NCBI GenBank assembly: GCA_964291215.2
Contig: OZ219791.1
Location: 2,656,001-2,720,000, forward strand
Reading direction: 5' to 3'
Length of the DNA: 64,000 nt
Source of the DNA: Alphaproteobacteria bacterium
GTDB taxonomy: Bacteria; Pseudomonadota; Alphaproteobacteria; MPNO01; UBA830
This document shows, piece after piece, positions 30,434 to 40,775 of the stretch (positions are counted from its first letter, which is position 1; each line of letters starts with the position of its first letter). The notes beneath the pieces were generated by a model that worked only from the letters and a program-made list of their open reading frames with translations, searched no databases and was not told the DNA's origin. Both the position numbers and the translations under genes were made by a program.

Positions 30434-30985
30434 ATGGCGGGCAGGACAGACAGGCGGCAGGACAAGGTCAGCGGCGATGACTCGCTCCTGTTCGAACAGG
30501 TCATGGACGGCGTCAAGCCGCTCGATTCGTCGAAGCGTGGCCGCAAGAATCCGCAACGGCCCGCGCCCGTACAGCCGGAGGCTGCCAGCACGGCCGCCCC
30601 GCGGCAGGTGCGGCCGCCTGCGCGGCGCCTCGACCGGCTCGAGATCGGCAAGACGCACGGCCTTGACCGCGGAATGGCAAAGCGGCTCCGTGACGGCGGC
30701 ATCCGCCCCGAGGCGCGGCTGGACCTCCACGGCAGGACGGTGGACGAGGCTTGCAAGGCAGTTGCCGATTTTCTTGCCCGGTCCCAGATGTCGGGCAGAC
30801 GCTGTGTTCTCGTTATCACCGGAAAGGGATCGGCCGGGCCAGGCAGCGGGGTCATCAGGGGTGAGTTCTCCGGATGGCTCAACGCACCCGAAAACAGGGC
30901 GCGCATCGTGGCCTGCATCGCCGCCAGGCCCGCCGACGGCGGCGGTGGCGCGTTCTACGTCTATCTGAAGAAGGCGCCACGCTGA
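30434..30985 (+). CDS. Smr/MutS2-domain protein
   Basis: EARLDLHG, LVITGKG, GGGGAFYVYL. Confidence 0.9.
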   Translation: MAGRTDRRQDKVSGDDSLLFEQVMDGVKPLDSSKRGRKNPQRPAPVQPEAASTAAPRQVRPPARRLDRLEIGKTHGLDRGMAKRLRDGGIRPEARLDLHGRTVDEACKAVADFLARSQMSGRRCVLVITGKGSAGPGSGVIRGEFSGWLNAPENRARIVACIAARPADGGGGAFYVYLKKAPR

Positions 30986-31091
30986 TCGCTGCCGGGGCGG
31001 GCCGCCAAATTCGTGACACCGGACGGGCAAACGATATACTGCCGCCTTCCGGCATCTTCCCGGGTTTCCGGCTCCCTGCAGGACTGTCTGC

Positions 31092-31859
31092 ATGACCGCA
31101 CCGCGTATCGCCTTCGTCGTCGCCGCCACGGAAAAGGCCCGCAAGGCCTGCGACAAGCTTGCGGCGCGCTACGACCATGTGCCGCCCGAGGAGGCGGACG
31201 TTATCGTGGCGCTGGGCGGCGACGGACACATGCTCGAGACGCTGCATGCCCATGCCGGCCGCGATGTGCCCATTTACGGGATGAACCGGGGAACCGTTGG
31301 ATTCCTGATGAACGAGTACCGGGAAACGCGGCTGCTTGAACGTCTTGCCGCCGCGAACGTGGTGCGGATCAGCCCGCTGGAAATGACGGCGCTTGCCGTC
31401 GACGGCCGGAAGGTTTCGGGTCGCGCCATCAACGAGATATCGCTTCTTCGCCAGACCCGACAGGCGGCCAAGATCCGGATCAAGGTCGACGGCAAGGTCC
31501 GCATTCCCGAACTGGTTTGCGACGGGGTTCTCGTCGCGACCCCGGCCGGCAGCACTGCCTACAACCTTTCGGCGCACGGGCCGATCATCCCGCTGGACGC
31601 GCGGTTGCTGGCGCTGACGCCCATCAGCGCCTTCCGCCCGCGCCGCTGGCGGGGCGCGCTCCTGCCGGACAAGGTCAAGGTCTCGCTCGAGGTCCTCGAG
31701 CCGCGCAAGCGACCGGTCAGCGCTGTCGGCGACTACACCGAAGTGCGCGACGTGCGCCGGGTAACCGTGTGCGCCTCGTGCGACAGGGAACTCTGCCTCC
31801 TGTTCGACGCCGAGCACAATCTTGAAGAGCGGATCCTGAACGAGCAGTTCGTCCCATGA
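31092..31859 (+). CDS. nadK: NAD kinase
   Basis: [37 protein letters not shown]. Confidence 0.95.
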   Translation: MTAPRIAFVVAATEKARKACDKLAARYDHVPPEEADVIVALGGDGHMLETLHAHAGRDVPIYGMNRGTVGFLMNEYRETRLLERLAAANVVRISPLEMTALAVDGRKVSGRAINEISLLRQTRQAAKIRIKVDGKVRIPELVCDGVLVATPAGSTAYNLSAHGPIIPLDARLLALTPISAFRPRRWRGALLPDKVKVSLEVLEPRKRPVSAVGDYTEVRDVRRVTVCASCDRELCLLFDAEHNLEERILNEQFVP

Positions 31860-32962
31860 CTGCGACATCGGTGCAATCGGAGAACGACATGCCGACAATC
31901 GTCGCCGAAGACGACGTCATCATCCGTACGGCGCAGGTCATCCTCGACCGCCGGACGGATCCCGAGCGCTACGCGGCCATCGCCGACTACTATCACGTCG
32001 ACATTCCGGGCTTCGACGAATGGGTCGACGGGCTGAGAAAACGGGTACCCGGCCTTTACCCGGCAAGCTTCCGCATGGTCGGGAGCCAGGAGGAGTTCCG
32101 GAGCGAGCTGGGCGAGGCCGACGGCGTCATCTGCGAGAGCTTGGCTATCGGCGCCGCCGAACTTGCTGCCGCGCCGCGGCTCAGGGTGGTCCAGAAATTC
32201 GGCACCGATCTGCGCAACATAGATCTCGAAGCCTGCGCCGCCCGCAATGTCGCAGTCCGCCCGTTGCGTCGGAGGGTCAACATCGCGGTGGCGGAACACG
32301 CCTTTGCGCTCATGATCTCCATGGCCAAGAAGCTGTTCCGGGTCAATGGCCGGATCGACGAGGAAAGCCTGCGCGAGGCCGGATTCCGGCCGCGCATGTA
32401 TGATCGCCGCCATGCGGCCGCGGCCAACTGGGGCCGTGTGCACGGCCTCGGGACCCTGTACGGCTCTACGGTCGGCTGCCTCGGTCTCGGCGAGATCGGG
32501 CGCGAGGTAGCAGCGCGCGCCTCGGCCTTCGGAGCCACGGTTCTCTATCACCAGCGCAACCGGTTGGCGGACGCGATCGAAACGCCGCTCGGCGCCGCCT
32601 ATTGCGGTTTCGAGGACATGCTCCGCCGCGCCGACTATGTCGTCGTTTGCGTTCCGCTCACGGCGGCGACCCAAGGGATGATCGATGCGACGGCCTTCGC
32701 GTTGATGAAGGACGGGGCGTACCTGGTCAATGTCTCGCGGGCGGCAGTCATCGACAGGGAGGCGCTCCTCGACGTTCTCGAAAGTGACCGCCTGGGCGGG
32801 GTTGCGCTCGATGTGCATTACGAGGAGCCGGCGCCCGCGGACGAACCCCTGAAGCGCTTCCCCGGGGCTGTGCTGACGCCGCATTCGGCGGTAGCCTCGC
32901 GGGAAAACGCGGCCGCCGACATGGAAGAGCTGGTCGGCAATCTTGCCGCCGAAATCCGGTGA
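31856..32962 (+). CDS. D-isomer-specific 2-hydroxyacid dehydrogenase family protein
   Basis: AVAEH, GLGEIG, NVSR, DVHYEEP, TPH; ATGA overlap with nadK. Confidence 0.88.
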   Translation: MTATSVQSENDMPTIVAEDDVIIRTAQVILDRRTDPERYAAIADYYHVDIPGFDEWVDGLRKRVPGLYPASFRMVGSQEEFRSELGEADGVICESLAIGAAELAAAPRLRVVQKFGTDLRNIDLEACAARNVAVRPLRRRVNIAVAEHAFALMISMAKKLFRVNGRIDEESLREAGFRPRMYDRRHAAAANWGRVHGLGTLYGSTVGCLGLGEIGREVAARASAFGATVLYHQRNRLADAIETPLGAAYCGFEDMLRRADYVVVCVPLTAATQGMIDATAFALMKDGAYLVNVSRAAVIDREALLDVLESDRLGGVALDVHYEEPAPADEPLKRFPGAVLTPHSAVASRENAAADMEELVGNLAAEIR

Positions 32963-33001
32963 ACGCCGGCAGCGGGCAATCACCAGAGGCGGGAGCAGTT
33001 C

Positions 33002-33781
33002 ATGAGCGACAAGATCCTGTGCCGGCGCGACGGAGCAGTTGCGACGGTGACCATCAACCGGCCCGAGAAACGCAATGCGCTCGATTCCGAATGCTGGCGG
33101 TCCCTCGGCGAGACCATGCAGAGCCTCTCCAGCGATCCGGCGCTGCGCTGCGTGGTAATCACGGGCGCCGGCGACAGAGCCTTCGGTTCCGGGAATGACA
33201 TAGCGGAATTCGAGGCCGCGCGGAGCAGCGCCGCGCAGGTTCGCGCCTACAACGAGGTCACAGCCGCGGCGATCCGGGCCATCGAGCACTCCCTGCATCC
33301 GACCGTTGCCCGCATACAGGGCTACTGCATCGGTGGCGGGCTGGAAATCGCGCTGGCCTGCGATATCCGCGTGGCCGCGGAGGGTTCAAAGTTTGGCCTG
33401 CCGGTGAAGAACATGGGCATATTCCTCGACCCGATTCTTGCCGACACCCTGGTCAACGCGGTCGGCCGTGCGGTGGCGCTGGAGCTGGTCCTCGAAGGCC
33501 GCATCCTCGACGCTGACGCAGCGCTCGCCCGTGGCTTGGTGACGCGGGTGGTTGGCGAAGCGGAACTCGACGCGGAGGTGGCGCAGACCGTGGAACGCAT
33601 CACTGCCGGCGCGCCGCTCGCCGCGCGCTACAACCGGCGCGGTATCCGGCGCGTTGCGGATCCGGCGGCGCCGACCGGGGAGATGCTTGCCGAGGCGGCG
33701 GCTTATGGCGACACCGAGGATTATCACAACGCTTTTCGGGCTTTCGCGAACAGATCGAAGCCCGAATTCAGGGGCCGCTGA
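33002..33781 (+). CDS. Enoyl-CoA hydratase/isomerase family protein
   Basis: NRPEKRNAL, GYCIGGGLEIALACD, PEFRGR. Confidence 0.92.
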   Translation: MSDKILCRRDGAVATVTINRPEKRNALDSECWRSLGETMQSLSSDPALRCVVITGAGDRAFGSGNDIAEFEAARSSAAQVRAYNEVTAAAIRAIEHSLHPTVARIQGYCIGGGLEIALACDIRVAAEGSKFGLPVKNMGIFLDPILADTLVNAVGRAVALELVLEGRILDADAALARGLVTRVVGEAELDAEVAQTVERITAGAPLAARYNRRGIRRVADPAAPTGEMLAEAAAYGDTEDYHNAFRAFANRSKPEFRGR

Positions 33782-33894
33782 GCCGGCCGTCATGTGCGGT
33801 TCCGCACTGGCGCAGGCGCCCTTTCCGACTCTGGCGGATCTCCGGGCTCGGGCCGTCCCGCAGCGCCTGCTTCACTGCGAAACGCGCTGAGGCC

Positions 33895-34890
33895 ATGGCC
33901 GCAGATCCGAACGTGTGGGTTCTTGCCGACGACCGGAGCGGCAATGTCAGTCAGGCGACCGGTGTAGCGGCAGCCCTCGGCGCTCCCTACGAAACCATGA
34001 CCCTCGCATACAACGCGCTGGCGCGGCTGCCGAACCCGGCCCTTGGAGCCACGCTTCGGCATCTGAGGAGCGGCAGCGCCGCACGGCTTGCGGCGCCGTG
34101 GCCGGACATCGTCATCGCCGCCGGCCGGCGGACGGCGCCGGTGGCTCGCGCGATCAAGAGGTCGAGTGGCGGCAGGAGCTTCCTCGTGCAGATCATGTGG
34201 CCCGGCTGGCCGGCCGGCGGATTCGATCTGGTCGCGGTTCCAGCCCATGACGGGATACGGGCTGGCAGCAACATCGTGACCACCGTCGGCGCGCCCCACA
34301 ACGTTAGCGGCGAGGCGCTGGCCGGGGCGCGGGAGGCCTGGAAGGCACGCCTTGGCAGCCGCGCCCCGCCCCGCATCGCGGTGCTGGTCGGTGGCTCGAC
34401 GAGGCAGCGCCGGTTCTCGCCCGCCATGGGGCGCGAGCTTTGCCGTTCGGCCTCCGCTCTGGCGGAGGGGACAGGCGGTACGCTGATGGTGGCGACAAGC
34501 CGCCGCACCGGGCAGGAACTCACCGAACTGCTGCGCACGGAAATGCGTGGGCGCGTCGAGTTCCATGCCTGGCAGCCGGTCGGAAACGACAATCCCTATC
34601 TGGGCTATCTCGCCTGGAGCGATATCGTTATCGTCACCGGCGATTCGTCTTCGATGTGCACCGAAGCCTGTGCTGCCGGTTGTCCGGCCTACATCTTTGC
34701 CCCGCCCGGCCTCGTGGGATCGAAGCACGAGCGCCTTCACCGGACGCTCTATGAGCGCGGGTCCGCCCGGCCGCTGGCCGAAGCGGCGGGCGACGCCGGC
34801 CCCGGGGCGTGGCAAGGCGAGCCGCTTGACGACGCTGCGGTGGTGGTGGCGGAGATCAGGCGCCGCCTCGCCGGCAGGGATCCGCCATGA
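33895..34890 (+). CDS. ELM1-family (mitochondrial fission ELM1-like) protein
   Basis: WPDIVIAAGRR, TSRRT, NPYLGYL, VTGDSSSM. Confidence 0.88.
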   Translation: MAADPNVWVLADDRSGNVSQATGVAAALGAPYETMTLAYNALARLPNPALGATLRHLRSGSAARLAAPWPDIVIAAGRRTAPVARAIKRSSGGRSFLVQIMWPGWPAGGFDLVAVPAHDGIRAGSNIVTTVGAPHNVSGEALAGAREAWKARLGSRAPPRIAVLVGGSTRQRRFSPAMGRELCRSASALAEGTGGTLMVATSRRTGQELTELLRTEMRGRVEFHAWQPVGNDNPYLGYLAWSDIVIVTGDSSSMCTEACAAGCPAYIFAPPGLVGSKHERLHRTLYERGSARPLAEAAGDAGPGAWQGEPLDDAAVVVAEIRRRLAGRDPP

Positions 34891-34969
34891 CGACCGGCCG
34901 GCGGAACGGTTGGGAGCGCGGGGGCGCGTTTGCTACACTCCGGACGGCTGCAACGGGAATTAACATGCG

Positions 34970-36136
34970 ATGAGAAAAAGCGCTGCGAGAATCCTTACGA
35001 CCCACGTGGGAAGCCTGCCGCGGCCGTCTCGTCTCGTTGACGTGATACTGGCTGAGGATCGCGGCGTTGCCATCGATCGCGATGCGTTCGATGTGGAGTT
35101 GAGGACAGCGGTCGACGACGTCGTGGCAAGGCAGGCTGCGCTCGGGATCGACATCGTCGATGACGGCGAGTTCTCGAAACGCGGCTTTGCCGTCTACGCC
35201 AACGAACGGCTGGCCGGATACGAGGCGCGGCCGCGGGAGCGCGGCATCCCGTGGGGCGGCTCCCGCGAGGCGCTGGCGTTTCCGGAATTCTACGGGGCGT
35301 CGAGGCCGCACGGCTCGGGGGCGGTCGCGCGTGTTGACGAGATCGTCTGCACGGGGCCGGTTTCCTACAAGGGTCACGCTCAGCTCGAACGCGATCTCGC
35401 CAATCTCAGGGCCGCGGTCGACGCCCACGGGGTGGAGGAGGCATTCATGCCGGCGATCTCGCCGGTCGATGTCGTCGGCAACCAGACGAACGAGTACTAC
35501 CTGTCTGAGGAGGAGTTCCTCGGCGCCGTCGCGGCAGCGATGAACGAGGAGTACCGGGCGATCGTCGACGCCGGATTCCTCCTGCAGATAGACGACCCGC
35601 ATCTCGTCACCCATTACGTCAAGACGCCGGACCTCGAACTCGCCGGCTACAGGAAATGGGCGCAAGCCCAAGTCGAGGCGGTCAACCACGCCCTCGAAGG
35701 CATTCCCGAGGACCGGGTCCGCTACCACACCTGCTACGGCATCAACATGGGGCCGCGCGTCCACGAGGTCGAACTCGGCTGGGTTCTCGACATCGTTCTC
35801 GGCATCCGCGCCGGTGCCTACTCGTTCGAGGCGGCCAATCCACGCCACGAACATGAGTGGCGCCTCTGGGAGCGCACGAAGCTTCCCGAGAGCAAGATCC
35901 TGATCCCGGGCGTCATCACCCATTCGTCGGTGCTGGTCGAACATCCCGAACTCATCGCCGAGCGCATTCTCCGCTTCGCCGGGCTGGTCGGCCGGGAAAA
36001 CGTCATCGCCGGCGGCGATTGCGGTTTCGGCACCCAGGCGAGCCTCACCCCCGAGGTGCATCCGAGCATCGTCTGGGCCAAGTTCGAGGCGCTGGCCGAA
36101 GGCGCCCGGATCGCCTCGGAGCGGCTGTGGTCGTGA
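34970..36136 (+). CDS. Cobalamin-independent methionine synthase II (core MetE-like) family protein
   Basis: TTHVGSLPRP, DGEF, HTCYG, FEAANPRHEHEW, DCGF. Confidence 0.92.
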   Translation: MRKSAARILTTHVGSLPRPSRLVDVILAEDRGVAIDRDAFDVELRTAVDDVVARQAALGIDIVDDGEFSKRGFAVYANERLAGYEARPRERGIPWGGSREALAFPEFYGASRPHGSGAVARVDEIVCTGPVSYKGHAQLERDLANLRAAVDAHGVEEAFMPAISPVDVVGNQTNEYYLSEEEFLGAVAAAMNEEYRAIVDAGFLLQIDDPHLVTHYVKTPDLELAGYRKWAQAQVEAVNHALEGIPEDRVRYHTCYGINMGPRVHEVELGWVLDIVLGIRAGAYSFEAANPRHEHEWRLWERTKLPESKILIPGVITHSSVLVEHPELIAERILRFAGLVGRENVIAGGDCGFGTQASLTPEVHPSIVWAKFEALAEGARIASERLWS

Positions 36137-36170
36137 TCCGGACGGGTGCGGCTGCCGCCTGCGGCTGCCC

Positions 36171-36572
36171 ATGACGGTCTTCAAGGGCGTCGGGCTTGCC
36201 GCCGGCATCGGCGAGGGCGAGGCGCTGGTTACCGCGGAAGGGATCGCGTTCAATCTCGGCGTCGACGAAATGACCGGCACGATCATCGAGAGCGGCCATC
36301 CACTTGCCGGCGAAAGCGTCGCCGGGCGGGTTGCCGTATTCCGTTCGGGCAAGGGCTCCAGCGCCGGCTCGTTCAGCCTGCTGCAGATGGCGGCGCGCGG
36401 CGTGGCGCCGGTTGCCATCGTCAACGTTCAGGCCGATGCGGTGGTGACGGCAGGGTGCGTGCTGGCGGACATCCCGCTGGTACACAGGCTCGGGGCGCCG
36501 CTCTGCAGGCTGCGCACCGGCGACCGGCTGCGCGTCGACGGCGGCAGGGGTACCGTCGAGATCCTGGCATGA
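36171..36572 (+). CDS. Aconitase X swivel (small) subunit, DUF126
   Basis: GVD..TG.I....HPL.GES, KGSSAG, VDG..G.V. Confidence 0.88.
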   Translation: MTVFKGVGLAAGIGEGEALVTAEGIAFNLGVDEMTGTIIESGHPLAGESVAGRVAVFRSGKGSSAGSFSLLQMAARGVAPVAIVNVQADAVVTAGCVLADIPLVHRLGAPLCRLRTGDRLRVDGGRGTVEILA

Positions 36573-37792
36573 AGCTCACGGCGAAGCAGCAGCGGATGCT
36601 CGACGGCGAACAGGGATGGCCGCAGCAGATCGCGATGCGCATGCTTGCTGCGGTCGGGCGCGCCCTCGACGCCCCCGACCTGATTCCCGCGTCTTCGGCG
36701 CATCTCGTGATTGACGGTACGGCGCTCGGCGCGGCGGGACGGGATTTTCTCGAGCGCCTCCTTCGCGAGGGCGGGCGGTTTGCCATCCCGGCGTCGATCA
36801 ACGCCATCGCCGTCGACAGGAGGCGCACCACCGTCTCGGGCGCCGGAGCAGACCAGCTGCGCATGCTCGAAGCCTGCGAGAAGATGGGCGCCATGCCGAG
36901 CTGCTCGTGCAACCCGTTCATCCAGGGCATCCGGCCGGGCCGGGGCGAAACGGTTGCGTGGAGCGAATCGGCGACCGCACCCTATGTCAATTCGGTGCTG
37001 GGCGCGCGCACCAATCGCGAGGGGGCGACGGCGCTCGCCTCGGCGCTGACCGGCCTCACGCCACGCTGCGGCATGCATGTCGCGGAGAACCGCTGCGGGC
37101 GGGTACTGTTCCGCGTAACCGCGGATGTCGTCGGCGTCGACGGCTACAGCCTCCTCGGGGCGCTGATCGGACGGGAGGCGGGAGCGCGGCTGCCGGTCAT
37201 CGACGGCATCGCAATTCCTCCGTCCGAAGACGAATTCGTAGCCTTTTCTGCGGCCTTTGCAATCTATGGCGAGGTGGCGATGTTCCACATGGCCGGAATA
37301 ACGCCGGAAGCGCCGACGCTGGCGGACGCCTTCGGCGGCGTTGCCTTGCCCGGGCCTGTCATCGTCGATCGGCGGGCTCTCGACGAGGCCCGCTACAGCG
37401 TCGGGCCGGGTGCCGGCGGTCGGGTCGACGTGGTGTCCATCGGCTGTCCGCACGCATCGCTGGAGCAGCTTCGGGAGGCCGCCGACCGCGCCGACGGCGG
37501 CCGCGCTGCGGGGCGCGTCGCCTTTTATGTCCACACCAACCGTTCAACCTACGATGCGGCCGTTGCCGAGGGGATCATCGGGAGGCTGGAGCGTGCGGAG
37601 ATCTCAGTGACCACCGACAATTGCGCGGTGGTGTCGTACGACCGGTTGCCGACGGGAACGCGGCTTGCCACCAACTCGACAAAAATGGCCCTGTTCGCGA
37701 AATCCGTGGCTGATGCGGAGATCCTCTTCGGCAGCGCCGAACAGTGCATCGTCGCAGGCCTGTCCGGGCACTGGACCGGAGGGGCGGAATGA
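36569..37792 (+). CDS. Aconitase X catalytic (large) subunit, DUF521
   Basis: SCNPF, AWSES, NSVLGARTNREG, MFHMAGITPE, IGCPH, DNC, TNSTK; ATGA overlap. Confidence 0.88.
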   Translation: MKLTAKQQRMLDGEQGWPQQIAMRMLAAVGRALDAPDLIPASSAHLVIDGTALGAAGRDFLERLLREGGRFAIPASINAIAVDRRRTTVSGAGADQLRMLEACEKMGAMPSCSCNPFIQGIRPGRGETVAWSESATAPYVNSVLGARTNREGATALASALTGLTPRCGMHVAENRCGRVLFRVTADVVGVDGYSLLGALIGREAGARLPVIDGIAIPPSEDEFVAFSAAFAIYGEVAMFHMAGITPEAPTLADAFGGVALPGPVIVDRRALDEARYSVGPGAGGRVDVVSIGCPHASLEQLREAADRADGGRAAGRVAFYVHTNRSTYDAAVAEGIIGRLERAEISVTTDNCAVVSYDRLPTGTRLATNSTKMALFAKSVADAEILFGSAEQCIVAGLSGHWTGGAE

Positions 37793-38571
37793 GCGGCGAC
37801 GCCGTCCTGCCCGGAATCGACGGCGCTGCAGTCGTCGTGACTGGCGCCGCCGGCGGAATCGGCGAGGGTGTCGCGCGTCGGCTTGCCGCGCACGGCGCAC
37901 GGCTGGCCCTGATCGACCACGAGGCCGGTGCTCTCGAAGCCGTCGCTGGCGATCTCGACTCGGCAGCCCTCGCTGCCGACATTGCCGACGAGGCTGCGGC
38001 AGAAGCCGCCGTGGAGGCGGCTTCCGTCCGTCTCGGCGACATTGACGGGCTCGTCAATGTCGCCGGGGTTCAGCGGATGGGGCCGCTGATGGAACAGGAC
38101 GTGGCCGACTTCGACGCGCACTACTTCGTCAATCTGCGCGGAACCTGGATGGTGACACGCGCGATAGCGCGGGGCATGGCCGGGCGGGGCAGGGGCGCGA
38201 TCGTCACGGTGTCTTCGAACGCGGCGCGGGTGCCGCGGGTGCGCCAGGGCGCGTATTGCGCGTCCAAGGCTGGGGTCAGCCATCTGATGCGCGTGTTGGC
38301 CCTCGAGCTCGGGCCGTTCGGTATCCGCGTCAACACGGTTGCCCCGGGCGCCACCGAGACGCCGATGATCCGCAGGATGATGGACGAGATGGGGTTCGGC
38401 GAGGAAATGCTCCGGGGCAGTCTCGAGAATTTCCGGACCGGCGTTCCGCTGCAGCGGAACGCGCAGGTCGAAGATGTCGCCGACGCCGTGCTCTGGCTGC
38501 TTTCCGACATGGCCTGCCACGTGACCATGCACGAAGTCGTCGTCGACGGCGGAGCGTCGCTCGGTGCCTGA
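37789..38571 (+). CDS. SDR oxidoreductase, EntA/DhbA-like
   Basis: TGAAGGIG, SSNAARVPR, YCASK, FRTGVPL, VVDGGASL; ATGA overlap. Confidence 0.85.
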   Translation: MSGDAVLPGIDGAAVVVTGAAGGIGEGVARRLAAHGARLALIDHEAGALEAVAGDLDSAALAADIADEAAAEAAVEAASVRLGDIDGLVNVAGVQRMGPLMEQDVADFDAHYFVNLRGTWMVTRAIARGMAGRGRGAIVTVSSNAARVPRVRQGAYCASKAGVSHLMRVLALELGPFGIRVNTVAPGATETPMIRRMMDEMGFGEEMLRGSLENFRTGVPLQRNAQVEDVADAVLWLLSDMACHVTMHEVVVDGGASLGA

Positions 38572-38730
38572 CGCGGCGGACATGGTGACGGCGGCGACGC
38601 GCCGGCCCGCAATGCGACCAAGCGTGGTGCCCGGCGAGTCTCCGTGTTGCGCGCCGTCCGGGTGCGCCGGCAGTGCGGTGGATCCGCACCACCCGCGCGG
38701 CGGCCGGTCATGTGCGCATGGACGAGCGGG

Positions 38731-39450
38731 ATGATCGGCGACCGACTTGAGGGAACGACCGTTCTGGTGACCGGCGCGTCGTCGGGAATCGGGCGCGAGA
38801 CGGTCCTCCGGTTCGCCGAATCGGGCGCCGTGGTCGTCGCTGTGGCGCGCCGCGCCGAACTGCTCGAAGAGCTAGCTTCGGTGTCGCGCGCTGCCATATT
38901 CCCCGTGCCCGGTGACCTTGCCGATCCCGAGTTCGTCGACGGGCTCGCTGCGGACCGTGACGTCGATGTCCTTGTCAATGCTGCCGGGCGCACCGCCCAC
39001 GCGCCGTTCCTGGAAGCGGATCCGGCGTTGTGGGAGCGCGCGTGGCGGCTCAACGTTCATGCGCTCATGTGCCTGACCCAGGCGGTTGCCCGGCGGATGG
39101 CCCGGCGCCAGAGCGGCCACATCATCAATGTCTCGTCGGTTCTTGCGCGCCAGGTCTATCCCTTCACCCTTGCCTATGCGGCGACCAAGCATGCCACCGC
39201 CGCGATTACCAGGGGCCTCCGGGTGGAACTGGCTGAATACGGTATACGCGTTACCGAGGTCGCCCCCGGGCTCGTCGACACGGGCCTGATGGACGAGGTG
39301 GAGCATCCCGAGGTGCGGCGGGCCTATGCGGCACGTCGCAAGGAGAGGATACCGGCAGGTGAGGTTGCACGGGCGATCGTCTTTGCCGCCGCCGCCGCTC
39401 CCGGGACAGTGCCGGAGCTCGTGACCCTGAACCCCCACGCGCAGCTCTAG
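38731..39450 (+). CDS. SDR family oxidoreductase
   Basis: TGASSGIG, VNAAG, YAATK, PGLVDT. Confidence 0.9.
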   Translation: MIGDRLEGTTVLVTGASSGIGRETVLRFAESGAVVVAVARRAELLEELASVSRAAIFPVPGDLADPEFVDGLAADRDVDVLVNAAGRTAHAPFLEADPALWERAWRLNVHALMCLTQAVARRMARRQSGHIINVSSVLARQVYPFTLAYAATKHATAAITRGLRVELAEYGIRVTEVAPGLVDTGLMDEVEHPEVRRAYAARRKERIPAGEVARAIVFAAAAAPGTVPELVTLNPHAQL

Positions 39451-39699
39451 ATTTCGGGGGGCCGGGCCTGTTCTTCGCTGTCCGTTCCGGACACAAATGC
39501 AATATAGGCTTTTCTTCTTATATAACCGCCTGTAATTGTTATATTTTTTCTAGCCTTTACATATGCTCGTAAGCAGATCGAAAGCGAGATGGGATCAATA
39601 TCAGCGTGTTTCAGCGCGGTGTCGTCGATGAAAACTACCTATCGCTCGACAGCGGGTAGCGCGCGTCATAACTCCGTCGGGCTGTAGAGCATCTGACGA

Positions 39700-40082
39700 G
39701 GGTTGGCGGTCGCTGGGCCTCTGGCGCTCAACCGCCATGCCCTGCCGAAGGAGTTCTGTCGGCGCATGGGTTGGTTCAAGTCCGACGGTGACCTCAAGGG
39801 CATGATGGCCTGGGTCGTCATGCTGGCCATGCACCGCGATGCCGTCATCGCCCTGTCACCACCAAGGATGAAGCAGGGCAGGCTCAAGCCCCTCGTCTTC
39901 GGAGCCGACACCGATCCCCGCCCCGATCACCATCGACGAAGTTTGCCCGCTCGACTTTCGCCCCGCCGCGCGTGGGGGCCATGAGGGGAAGCTCTGGAAC
40001 GAGTTCGTCGTCCGCTACCACTATCCCGGATATGGCACTACCGGTGCGCAACTCGCCGAACGCGATGCAGGGCCGGGTGCTG
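39700..40082 (+). pseudogene. DUF4338 (DruA-like) N-terminal fragment
   Basis: LNRHAL.KEFCRRMGWFKSDGDLK.MMA...MLAMHRD..IAL.PP; then LWNEF...YHY.GY....GAQL; cut by IS21 remnant. Confidence 0.7.
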
Positions 40083-40580
40083 TGGTTGATCGGTTCTTCA
40101 TCGGCGGTCCGGCCGGCCGGCAGGTCCCGCAGCGTCGCGCGCACGGCCTCGAGCGCCCTGGATCGGTGCGCATTGGCCCAACCGACCGCCTCGGCGGCAA
40201 AGCGCCGACAGGCATCGAGGTTCCAGAAGTCCGCCGCGCAGCGCAGCGCCAAGGCGTCCGCGGTCCGGTACTCGAGGTGGCCGTGCGGTCCCTCGACCGA
40301 GCCTCTCTCATGCGCCACGCCGCGGTTGTTGCGCGTGACCTCCATGCCGCAATGCGTGCCCAGTACCCGGTCACGTCCTCGGCCGCGTCCTTGCTCAGAT
40401 TGCGGAACACCGCCACAGGCTGTCGGTGCGGTGTGGCGGGGCGCGCCGCCGAGGTGCCGCAGCACATCCTGCAGACCCCCGGCCAGCGCCGTGAAGCTCT
40501 CGCCGCCGAGCGCCACCCGGGCATGGATGTCGCCCGACCGGGCGAGGCGATGTGTCCGGCGCGCCATCGCACCCGCCTGA
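40083..40580 (-). pseudogene. IS21-family IstA transposase fragment
   Basis: GGESFTAL..GLQ..L..LGGAP, TRNNRGVAHE.GSVEGPHGHL, LRDLP.GRT.D. Confidence 0.8.
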
Positions 40581-40775
40581 CGATAGTGTCCATCAGTTGA
40601 TAATTGGACACCGTCGATCATCCGAAACTCGGCAGAGACTGCAGCGAGAAGCTCCCCGGCCTTGCAAGGGATGCGTCTGCCGGCTGCCGTACAAGTGCCG
40701 GAATGACATTCAATTCTTGACTTCGCCCATAGCTCTTGCTTAGCATCGTCCCGCACTGACCAGCGGGAAAATGTC

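Noticed and set aside
37789-38571. Siderophore biosynthesis suggested by the EntA-like SDR and isochorismatase-family gene
   Set aside because: No isochorismate synthase, EntE-type ligase cluster or NRPS; the two genes are 25 kb apart
40586-40613. GTGTCCA...TGGACAC inverted repeat as a dif or attC site
   Set aside because: Does not fit XerC/XerD or attC consensus; function unsupported
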